Below are positions 37,478 to 50,000 of a stretch of DNA of 64,000 nucleotides, one piece after another. The first letter of the stretch is position 1. Each line of letters opens with the position of its first letter. The stretch covers positions 2,268,760 through 2,332,759 of the forward strand of contig CM082576.2 of assembly GCA_040954595.2 (NCBI GenBank), read 5' to 3'. The position numbers and the translations under genes were made by a program. The DNA is from Balanoglossus misakiensis. Taxonomy: Eukaryota > Animalia > Hemichordata. Under the pieces are notes generated by a model that worked only from the letters and a program-made list of their open reading frames with translations, was not told the DNA's origin and did not search any database.

Positions 37478-37858
37478 GTAAATAAAATGTGTTGGTACAT
37501 CTGCAGTAATTGTAGCCTCGGTGGTCTGGTTGGACTTTTAAATATTACAATGGGTGAGCGAGTGTGATGGCGTGATACCTGTTACAGTAGCTGAGTGGAC
37601 TAGGGATACCTAATGGTGATGATTGGCGATCGTGGATGGTGGTGGGTTGGCCTGTGAAGCGTCTATGGGAATCTTGATATCTCCGTGTTTATTTTTAACA
37701 AAACTGCTCGTTTCGACGCGATATATGTATATACCATCATGACATGAAAATTTCGAAATCTACAAAAAATTATCTGAGTAAGATAAATTAGGCAGTGACA
37801 TCATGATAATATCTTAACATAAGATATATATTAAAAATTTATCTTTATTTGTCCACAG

Positions 37859-37986
37859 TACAACTATCATCATAATAATTTCATGCAGTGTTGTCGGTGG
37901 AATCATCCTTCTCATCATTTGTATCGCTGCCTGTGTGTGTTGCTGTGCTCAAGGGTCCGGCGGTAACAGAACCACTACTGTTACTC
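37859..37986 (+). CDS. Shisa-like protein exon 3: transmembrane helix with juxtamembrane Cys cluster
   Basis: ttgtccacag acceptor (phase 2) and C|gtaagt donor (phase 1). Reads TTIIIIISCSVVGGIILLIICIAACVCCCAQGSGGNRTTTVT. Confidence 0.85.
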
Positions 37987-38000
37987 GTAAGTGTACACCT

Positions 38001-41000
38001 ACGAAAAAACCCCACAAAAGTTGGCAAAGTCGGGAAATCGTCATTTTTGGCACTTTTCATGAGCTATAACCCATGAAAAGCGTCGAGAAACGACAAAAAC
38101 ACAAAAGTTGGCAAAGTCGGGAAATCGTCATTTTTGGCACTTTTCATGAGCCATGATTTTTTCAAAAAATGACGAAATTTTGAAAATCCGCAAAGTCGAA
38201 AAATTGTCATTTTCGGATGATTTTCATGAGCTATAACCCATGATTTTTTTCAAAAAAATGACGAAATTTTGAAAATCCGCAAAGTCGAAAAATTGTCATT
38301 TTCGGATGATTTTCATGAGCTATAACCCATGATTTTTTCAAAAAATGACGAAATTTTGAAAATCCGCAAAGTCGAAAAATTGTCATTTTCGGACGATTTT
38401 CATGAGCTATAACCCATGATTTTTTCAAAAAATGACGAAATTTTGAAAATCCGCAAAGTCGAAAAATTGTCATTTTCGGACGATTTTCATGAGCTATAAC
38501 CCATGATTTTTTCAAAAAATGACGAAATTTCGAAAATCCGCAAAGTCGAAAAATTGTCATTTTCGGACGATTTTCATGAGCTATAACCCATGATTTTTTC
38601 AAAAAATGACGAAATTTCGAAAATCCGCAAAGTCGAAAAATTGTCATTTTCGGACGATTTTCATGAGCTATAACCCATGATTTTTTCAAAAAATGACGAA
38701 ATTTCGAAAATCCGCAAAGTCGAAAAATTGTCATTTTCGGACGATTTTCATGAGCTATAACCCATGATTTTTTCAAAAAATGACGAAATTTCGAAAATCC
38801 GCAAAGTCGAAAAATTGTCATTTTCGGATGATTTTCATGAGCTATAACCCATGATTTTTTTCAAAAAAATGACGAAATTTTGAAAATCCGCAAAGTCGAA
38901 AAATTGTCATTTTCGGATGATTTTCATGAGCTATAACCCATGATTTTTTCAAAAAATGACGAAATTTTGAAAATCCGCAAAGTCGAAAAATTGTCATTTT
39001 CGGACGATTTTCATGAGCTATAACCCATGATTTTTTCAAAAAATGACGAAATTTTGAAAATCCGCAAAGTCGAAAAATTGTCATTTTCGGACGATTTTCA
39101 TGAGCTATAACCCATGATTTTTTCAAAAAATGACGAAATTTCGAAAATCCGCAAAGTCGAAAAATTGTCATTTTCGGACGATTTTCATGAGCTATAACCC
39201 ATGATTTTTTCAAAAAATGACGAAATTTCGAAAATCCGCAAAGTCGAAAAATTGTCATTTTCGGACGATTTTCATGAGCTATAACCCATGATTTTTTCAA
39301 AAAATGACGAAATTTCGAAAATCCGCAAAGTCGAAAAATTGTCATTTTCGGACGATTTTCATGAGCTATAACCCATGATTTTTTCAAAAAATGACGAAAT
39401 TTCGAAAATCCGCAAAGTCGAAAAATTGTCATTTTCGGACGATTTTCATGAGCTATAACCCATGATTTTTTCAAAAAATGACGAAATTTCGAAAATCCGC
39501 AAAGTCGAAAATTTGTCATTTTCGGACGATTTTCATGAGCTATAACCCATGATTTTTTCAAAAAATGACGAAATTTCGAAAATCCGCAAAGTCGAAAATT
39601 TGTCATTTTCGGACGATTTTCATGAGCTATAACCCATGATTTTTTCAAAAAATGACGAAATTTCGAAAATCCGCAAAGTCGAAAAATTGTCATTTTCGGA
39701 CGATTTTCATGAGCTATAACCCATGATTTTTTCAAAAAATGACGAAATTTCGAAAATCCGCAAAGTCGAAAATTTGTCATTTTCGGACGATTTTCATGAG
39801 CTATAACCCATGATTTTTTCAAAAAATGACGAAATTTCGAAAATCCGCAAAGTCGAAAATTTGTCATTTTCGGACGATTTTCATGAGCTATAACCCATGA
39901 TTTTTTCAAAAAATGACGAAATTTCGAAAATCCGCAAAGTCGAAAATTTGTCATTTTCGGACGATTTTCATGAGCTATAACCCATGATTTTTTCAAAAAA
40001 TGACGAAATTTCGAAAATCCGCAAAGTCGAAAAATTGTCATTTTCGGACGATTTTCATGAGCTATAACCCATGATTTTTTCAAAAAATGACGAAATTTTG
40101 AAAATCCGCAAAGTCGAAAAATTGTCATTTTCGGACGATTTTCATGAGCTATAACCCATGATTTTTTCAAAAAATGACGAAATTTCGAAAATCCGCAAAG
40201 TCGAAAAATTGTCATTTTCGGACGATTTTCATGAGCTATAACCCATGATTTTTTCAAAAAATGACGAAATTTCGAAAATCCGCAAAGTCGAAAAATTGTC
40301 ATTTTCGGACGATTTTCATGAGCTATAACCCATGATTTTTTCAAAAAATGACGAAATTTCGAAAATCCGCAAAGTCGAAAAATTGTCATTTTCGGACGAT
40401 TTTCATGAGCTATAACCCATGATTTTTTCAAAAAATGACGAAATTTCGAAAATCCGCAAAGTCGAAAAATTGTCATTTTCGGACGATTTTCATGAGCTAT
40501 AACCCATGATTTTTTCAAAAAATGACGAAATTTCGAAAATCCGCAAAGTCGAAAAATTGTCATTTTCGGACGATTTTCATGAGCTATAACCCATGATTTT
40601 TTCAAAAAATGACGAAATTTCGAAAATCCGCAAAGTCGAAAAATTGTCATTTTCGGACGATTTTCATGAGCTATAACCCATGATTTTTTCAAAAAATGAC
40701 GAAATTTCGAAAATCCGCAAAGTCGAAAAATTGTCATTTTCGGACGATTTTCATGAGCTATAACCCATGATTTTTTCAAAAAATGACGAAATTTCGAAAA
40801 TCCGCAAAGTCGAAAAATTGTCATTTTCGGACGATTTTCATGAGCTATAACCCATGATTTTTTCAAAAAATGACGAAATTTCGAAAATCCGCAAAGTCGA
40901 AAAATTGTCATTTTCGGACGATTTTCATGAGCTATAACCCATGATTTTTTCAAAAAATGACGAAATTTCGAAAATCCGCAAAGTCGAAAAATTGTCATTT

Positions 41001-44000
41001 TCGGACGATTTTCATGAGCTATAACCCATGATTTTTTCAAAAAATGACGAAATTTCGAAAATCCGCAAAGTCGAAAAATTGTCATTTTCGGACGATTTTC
41101 ATGAGCTATAACCCATGATTTTTTCAAAAAATGACGAAATTTCGAAAATCCGCAAAGTCGAAAAATTGTCATTTTCGGACGATTTTCATGAGCTATAACC
41201 CATGATTTTTTCAAAAAATGTCGAAATTTCGAAAATCCGCAAAGTCGAAAAATTGTCATTTTCGGACGATTTTCATGAGCTATAACCCATGATTTTTTCA
41301 AAAAATGACGAAATTTCGAAAATCCGCAAAGTCGAAAAATTGTCATTTTCGGACGATTTTCATGAGCTATAACCCATGATTTTTTCAAAAAATGACGAAA
41401 TTTCGAAAATCCGCAAAGTCGAAAAATTGTCATTTTCGGACGATTTTCATGAGCTATAACCCATGATTTTTTCAAAAAATGACGAAATTTCGAAAATCCG
41501 CAAAGTCGAAAAATTGTCATTTTCGGACGATTTTCATGAGCTATAACCCATGATTTTTTCAAAAAATGACGAAATTTCGAAAATCCGCAAAGTCGAAAAA
41601 TTGTCATTTTCGGACGATTTTCATGAGCTATAACCCATGATTTTTTCAAAAAATGACGAAATTTCGAAAATCCGCAAAGTCGAAAAATTGTCATTTTCGG
41701 ACGATTTTCATGAGCTATAAACCATGATTTTTTCAAAAAATGTCGAAATTTCGAAAATCCGCAAAGTCGAAAAATTGTCATTTTCGGACGATTTTCATGA
41801 GCTATAACCCATGATTTTTTCAAAAAATGACGAAATTTCGAAAATCCGCAAAGTCGAAAAATTGTCATTTTCGGACGATTTTCATGAGCTATAACCCATG
41901 ATTTTTTCAAAAAATGACGAAATTTCGAAAATCCGCAAAGTCGAAAAATTGTCATTTTCGGACGATTTTCATGAGCTATAACCCATGATTTTTTCAAAAA
42001 ATGACGAAATTTCGAAAATCCGCAAAGTCGAAAAATTGTCATTTTCGGACGATTTTCATGAGCTATAACCCATGATTTTTTCAAAAAATGACGAAATTTC
42101 GAAAATCCGCAAAGTCGAAAAATTGTCATTTTCGGACGATTTTCATGAGCTATAACCCATGATTTTTTCAAAAAATGACGAAATTTCGAAAATCCGCAAA
42201 GTCGAAAAATTGTCATTTTCGGACGATTTTCATGAGCTATAACCCATGATTTTTTCAAAAAATGACGAAATTTCGAAAATCCGCAAAGTCGAAAAATTGT
42301 CATTTTCGGACGATTTTCATGAGCTATAAACCATGATTTTTTCAAAAAATGTCGAAATTTCGAAAATCCGCAAAGTCGAAAAATTGTCATTTTCGGACGA
42401 TTTTCATGAGCTATAACCCATGATTTTGTCAAAAAATGACGAAATTTCGAAAATCCGCAAAGTCGAAAAATTGTCATTTTCGGACGATTTTCATGAGCTA
42501 TAACCCATGATTTTGTCAAAAAATGACGAAATTTCGAAAATCCGCAAAGTCGAAAAATTGTCATTTTCGGACGATTTTCATGAGCTATAACCCATGATTT
42601 TGTCAAAAAATGACGAAATTTCGAAAATCCGCAAAGTCGAAAAATTGTCATTTTCGGACGATTTTCATGAGCTATAACCCATGATTTTTTCAAAAAATGA
42701 CGAAATTTCGAAAATCCGCAAAGTCGAAAAATTGTCATTACGATTTCATGAGCTATAACCCATGATTTTTTCAAAAATGACGAAATTTCGAAAATCCGCA
42801 AAGTCGAAAAATTGTCATTTTCGGACGATTTTCATGAGCTATAACCCATGATTTTGTCAAAAAATGACGAAATTTCGAAAATCCGCAAAGTCGAAAAATT
42901 GTCATTTTCGGACGATTTCAAGTCAAATCCGCAAAGTCGAAAAATTGTCATTTTCGGACGATTTTCATGAGCTATAACCCATGATTTTTTCAAAAAATGA
43001 CGAAATTTCGAAAATCCGCAAAGTCGAAAAATTGTCATTTTCGGACGATTTTCATGAGCTATAACCCATGATTTTTTCAAAAAATGACGAAATTTCGAAA
43101 ATCCGCAAAGTCGAAAAATTGTCATTTTCGGACGATTTTCATGAGCTATAACCCATGATTTTTTCAAAAAATGACGAAATTTCGAAAATCCGCAAAGTCG
43201 AAAAATTGTCATTTTCGGACGATTTTCATGAGCTATAACCCATGATTTTTTCAAAAAATGACGAAATTTCGAAAATCCGCAAAGTCGAAAAATTGTCATT
43301 TTCGGACGATTTTCATGAGCTATAACCCATGATTTTTTCAAAAAATGACGAAATTTCGAAAATCCGCAAAGTCGAAAAATTGTCATTTTCGGACGATTTT
43401 CATGAGCTATAACCCATGATTTTTTCAAAAAATGACGAAATTTCGAAAATCCGCAAAGTCGAAAAATTGTCATTTTCGGACGATTTTCATGAGCTATAAC
43501 CCATGATTTTTTCAAAAATGACGAAAATTTCGAAAATCCGCAAAGTCGAAAAATTGTCATTTTCGGACGATTTTCATGAGCTATAACCCATGATTTTTTC
43601 AAAAAATGACGAAATTTTCGAAAATCCGCAAAGTCGAAAAATTGTCATTTTCGGACGATTTCATGAGCTATAACCCATGATTTTTTCAAAAAATGACGAA
43701 ATTTCGAAAATCCGCAAAGTCGAAAAATTGTCATTTTCGGACGATTTCATGAGCTATAACCCATGATTTTTTCAAAAAATGACGAAATTTCGAAAATCCG
43801 CAAAGTCGAAAAATTGTCATTTTCGGACGATTTTCATGAGCTATAACCCATGATTTTTCAAAAATGACGAAATTTCGAAAATCCGCAAAGTCGAAAAATT
43901 GTCATTTTCGGACGATTTTCATGAGCTATAACCCATGATTTTTTCAAAAAATGACGAAATTTCGAAAATCCGCAAAGTCGAAAAATTGTCATTTTCGGAC

Positions 44001-47000
44001 GATTTTCATGAGCTATAACCCATGATTTTTTCAAAAAATGACGAAATTTCGAAAATCCGCAAAGTCGAAAAATTGTCATTTTCGGACGATTTTCATGAGC
44101 TATAACCCATGATTTTTTCAAAAATGACGAAATTTCGAAAATCCGCAAAGTCGAAAAATTGTCATTTTCGGACGATTTTCATGAGCTATAACCCATGATT
44201 TTTTCAAAAAATGACGAAATTTCGAAAATCCGCAAAGTCGAAAAATTGTCATTTTCGGACGATTTTCATGAGCTATAACCCATGATTTTTTCAAAAAATG
44301 ACGAAATTTCGAAAATCCGCAAAGTCGAAAAATTGTCATTTTCGGACGATTTTCATGAGCTATAACCCATGATTTTTTCAAAAAATGACGAAATTTCGAA
44401 AATCCGCTTTCAAAAAATGACGAAATTTCGAAAATCCGCAAAGTCGAAAAATTGTCATTTTCGGACGATTTTCATGAGCTATAACCCATGATTTTTTCAA
44501 AAAATGACGAAATTTCGAAAATCCGCAAAGTCGAAAAATTGTCATTTTCGGACGATTTTCATGAGCTATAACCCATGATTTTGTCAAAAAATGACGAAAT
44601 TTCGAAAATCCGCAAAGTCGAAAAATTGTCATTTTCGGACGATTTTCATGAGCTATAACCCATGATTTTGTCAAAAAATGACGAAATTTCGAAAATCCGC
44701 AAAGTCGAAAAATTGTCATTTTCGGACGATTTTCATGAGCTATAACCCATGATTTTGTCAAAAAATGACGAAATTTCGAAAATCCGCAAAGTCGAAAAAT
44801 TGTCATTTTCGGACGATTTTCATGAGCTATAACCCATGATTTTTTCAAAAAATGACGAAATTTCGAAAATCCGCAAAGTCGAAAAATTGTCATTTTCGGA
44901 CGATTTTCATGAGCTATAACCCATGATTTTTTCAAAAAATGACGAAATTTCGAAAATCCGCAAAGTCGAAAATTGTCATTTTCGGACGATTTTCATGAGC
45001 TATAACCCATGATTTTTTCAAAAAATGACGAAATTTCGAAAATCCGCAAAGTCGAAAAATTGTCATTTTCGGACGATTTTCATGAGCTATAACCCATGAT
45101 TTTTTCAAAAAATGACGAAATTTCGAAAATCCGCAAAGTCGAAAAATTGTCATTTTCGGACGATTTTCATGAGCTATAACCCATGATTTTTTCAAAAAAT
45201 GACGAAATTTCGAAAATCCGCAAAGTCGAAAAATTGTCATTTTCGGACGATTTTCATGAGCTATAACCCATGATTTTTTCAAAAAATGACGAAATTTCGA
45301 AAATCCGCAAAGTCGAAAAATTGTCATTTTCGGACGATTTTCATGAGCTATAACCCATGATTTTTTCAAAAAATGACGAAATTTCGAAAATCCGCAAAGT
45401 CGAAAAATTGTCATTTTCGGACGATTTTCATGAGCTATAACCCATGATTTTTTCAAAAAATGACGAAATTTCGAAAATCCGCAAAGTCGAAAAATTGTCA
45501 TTTTCGGACGATTTTCATGAGCTATAACCCATGATTTTGTCAAAAAATGACGAAATTTCGAAAATCCGCAAAGTCGAAAAATTGTCATTTTCGGACGATT
45601 TTCATGAGCTATAACCCATGATTTTGTCAAAAAATGACGAAATTTCGAAAATCCGCAAAGTCGAAAAATTGTCATTTTCGGACGATTTTCATGAGCTATA
45701 ACCCATGATTTTGTCAAAAAATGACGAAATTTCGAAAATCCGCAAAGTCGAAAAATTGTCATTTTCGGACGATTTTCATGAGCTATAACCCATGATTTTG
45801 TCAAAAAATGACGAAATTTCGAAAATCCGCAAAGTCGAAAAATTGTCATTTTCGGACGATTTTCATGAGCTATAACCCATGATTTTTTCTAAAAATGACG
45901 AAATTTCGAAAATCCGCAAAGTCGAAAAATTGTCATTTTCGGACGATTTTCATGAGCTATAACCCATGATTTTTTCAAAAAATGACGAAATTTCGAAAAT
46001 CCGCAAAGTCGAAAAATTGTCATTTTCGGACGATTTTCATGAGCTATAACCCATGATTTTTTCAAAAAATGACGAAATTTCGAAAATCCGCAAAGTCGAA
46101 AAATTGTCATTTTCGGACGATTTTCATGAGCTATAACCCATGATTTTTTCAAAAAATGACGAAATTTCGAAAATCCGCAAAGTCGAAAAATTGTCATTTT
46201 CGGACGATTTTCATGAGCTATAACCCATGATTTTTTCAAAAAATGACGAAATTTCGAAAATCCGCAAAGTCGAAAAATTGTCATTTTCGGACGATTTTCA
46301 TGAGCTATAACCCATGATTTTTTCAAAAAATGACGAAATTTCGAAAATCCGCAAAGTCGAAAAATTGTCATTTTCGGACGATTTTCATGAGCTATAACCC
46401 ATGATTTTTTCAAAAAATGACGAAATTTCGAAAATCCGCAAAGTCGAAAAATTGTCATTTTCGGACGATTTTCATGAGCTATAACCCATGATTTTTTCAA
46501 AAAATGACGAAATTTCGAAAATCCGCAAAGTCGAAAAATTGTCATTTTCGGACGATTTTCATGAGCTATAACCCATGATTTTTTCAAAAAATGACGAAAT
46601 TTCGAAAATCCGCAAAGTCGAAAAATTGTCATTTTCGGACGATTTTCATGAGCTATAACCCATGATTTTTTCAAAAAATGACGAAATTTCGAAAATCCGC
46701 AAAGTCGAAAAATTGTCATTTTCGGACGATTTTCATGAGCTATAACCCATGATTTTTTCAAAAAATGACGAAATTTCGAAAATCCGCAAAGTCGAAAAAT
46801 TGTCATTTTCGGACGATTTTCATGAGCTATAACCCATGATTTTGTCAAAAAATGACGAAATTTCGAAAATCCGCAAAGTCGAAAAATTGTCATTTTCGGA
46901 CGATTTTCATGAGCTATAACCCATGATTTTGTCAAAAAATGACGAAATTTCGAAAATCCGCAAAGTCGAAAAATTGTCATTTTCGGACGATTTTCATGAG

Positions 47001-50000
47001 CTATAACCCATGATTTTTTCAAAAAATGACGAAATTTCGAAAATCCGCAAAGTCGAAAAATTGTCATTTTCGGACGATTTTCATGAGCTATAACCCATGA
47101 TTTTTTCAAAAAATGACGAAATTTCGAAAATCCGCAAAGTCGAAAAATTGTCATTTTCGGACGATTTTCATGAGCTATAACCCATGATTTTTTCAAAAAA
47201 TGACGAAATTTCGAAAATCCGCAAAGTCGAAAAATTGTCATTTTCGGACGATTTTCATGAGCTATAACCCATGATTTTTTCAAAAAATGACGAAATTTGA
47301 AAATCCGCAAAGTCGAAAAATTGTCATTTTCGGACGATTTTCATGAGCTATAACCCATGATTTTTTCAAAAAATGACGAAATTTCGAAAATCCGCAAAGT
47401 CGAAAAATTGTCATTTTCGGACGATTTTCATGAGCTATAACCCATGATTTTTTCAAAAAATGACGAAATTTCGAAAATCCGCAAAGTCGAAAAATTGTCA
47501 TTTTCGGACGATTTTCATGAGCTATAACCCATGATTTTGTCAAAAAATGACGAAATTTCGAAAATCCGCAAAGTCGAAAAATTGTCATTTTCGGACGATT
47601 TTCATGAGCTATAACCCATGATTTTTTCAAAAAATGACGAAATTTCGAAAATCCGCAAAGTCGAAAAATTGTCATTTTCGGACGATTTTCATGAGCTATA
47701 ACCCATGATTTTTTCAAAAAATGACGAAATTTCGAAAATCCGCAAAGTCGAAAAATTGTCATTTTCGGACGATTTTCATGAGCTATAACCCATGATTTTT
47801 TCAAAAAATGACGAAATTTCGAAAATCCGCAAAGTCGAAAAATTGTCATTTTCGGACGATTTTCATGAGCTATAACCCATGATTTTTTCAAAAAATGACG
47901 AAATTTCGAAAATCCGCAAAGTCGAAAAATTGTCATTTTCGGACGATTTTCATGAGCTATAACCCATGATTTTTTCAAAAAATGACGAAATTTTGAAAAT
48001 CCGCAAAGTCGAAAAATTGTCATTTTCGGACGATTTTCATGAGCTATAACCCATGATTTTTTCAAAAAATGACGAAATTTCGAAAATCCGCAAAGTCGAA
48101 AAATTGTCATTTTCGGACGATTTTCATGAGCTATAACCCATGATTTTTTCAAAAAATGACGAAATTTCGAAAATCCGCAAAGTCGAAAAATTGTCATTTT
48201 CGGACGATTTTCATGAGCTATAACCCATGATTTTTTCAAAAAATGACGAAATTTCGAAAATCCGCAAAGTCGAAAAATTGTCATTTTCGGACGATTTTCA
48301 TGAGCTATAACCCATGATTTTGTCAAAAAATGACGAAATTTCGAAAATCCGCAAAGTCGAAAAATTGTCATTTTCGGACGATTTTCATGAGCTATAACCC
48401 ATGATTTTTTCAAAAAATGACGAAATTTCGAAAATCCGCAAAGTCGAAAAATTGTCATTTTCGGACGATTTTCATGAGCTATAACCCATGATTTTTTCAA
48501 AAAATGACGAAATTTCGAAAATCCGCAAAGTCGAAAAATTGTCATTTTCGGACGATTTTCATGAGCTATAACCCATGATTTTGTCAAAAAATGACGAAAT
48601 TTCGAAAATCCGCAAAGTCGAAAAATTGTCATTTTCGGACGATTTTCATGAGCTATAACCCATGATTTTGTCAAAAAATGACGAAATTTCGAAAATCCGC
48701 AAAGTCGAAAAATTGTCATTTTCGGACGATTTTCCATGATTTTTTCAAAAAATGACGAAATTTCGAAAATCCGCAAAGTCGAAAAATTGTCATTTTCGGA
48801 CGATTTTCATGAGCTATAACCCATGATTTTTTCAAAAAATGACGAAATTTGGAAAATCCGCAAAGTCGAAAAATTGTCATTTTCGGACGATTTTCATGAG
48901 CTATAACCCATGATTTTTTCAAAAAATGACGAAATTTCGAAAATCCGCAAAGTCGAAAAATTGTCATTTTCGGACGATTTTCATGAGCTATAACCCATGA
49001 TTTTTTCAAAAAATGACGAAATTTCGAAAATCCGCAAAGTCGAAAAATTGTCATTTTCGGACGATTTTCATGAGCTATAACCCATGATTTTTTCAAAAAA
49101 TGACGAAATTTCGAAAATCCGCAAAGTCGAAAAATTGTCATTTTCGGACGATTTTCATGAGCTATAACCCATGATTTTTTCAAAAAATGACGAAATTTCG
49201 AAAATCCGCAAAGTCGAAAAATTGTCATTTTCGGACGATTTTCATGAGCTATAACCCATGATTTTTTCAAAAAATGACGAAATTTCGAAAATCCGCAAAG
49301 TCGAAAAATTGTCATTTTCGGACGATTTTCATGAGCTATAACCCATGATTTTTTCAAAAAATGACGAAATTTCGAAAATCCGCAAAGTCGAAAAATTGTC
49401 ATTTTCGGACGATTTTCATGAGCTATAACCCATGATTTTTTCAAAAAATGACGAAATTTCGAAAATCCGCAAAGTCGAAAAATTGTCATTTTCGGACGAT
49501 TTTCATGAGCTATAACCCATGATTTTTTCAAAAATGACGAAATTTCGAAAATCCGCAAAGTCGAAAAATTGTCATTTTCGGACGATTTTCATGAGCTATA
49601 ACCCATGATTTTTTCAAAAAATGACGAAATTTCGAAAATCCGCAAAGTCGAAAAATTGTCATTTTCGGACGATTTTCATGAGCTATAACCCATGATTTTT
49701 TCAAAAAATGACGAAATTTCGAAAATCCGCAAAGTCGAAAAATTGTCATTTTCGGACGATTTTCATGAGCTATAACCCATGATTTTTTCAAAAAATGACG
49801 AAATTTCGAAAATCCGCAAAGTCGAAAAATTGTCATTTTCGGACGATTTTCATGAGCTATAACCCATGATTTTTTCAAAAAATGACGAAATTTTGAAAAT
49901 CCGCAAAGTCGAAAAATTGTCATTTTCGGACGATTTTCATGAGCTATAACCCATGATTTTTTCAAAAAATGACGAAATTTTGAAAATCCGCAAAGTCGAA

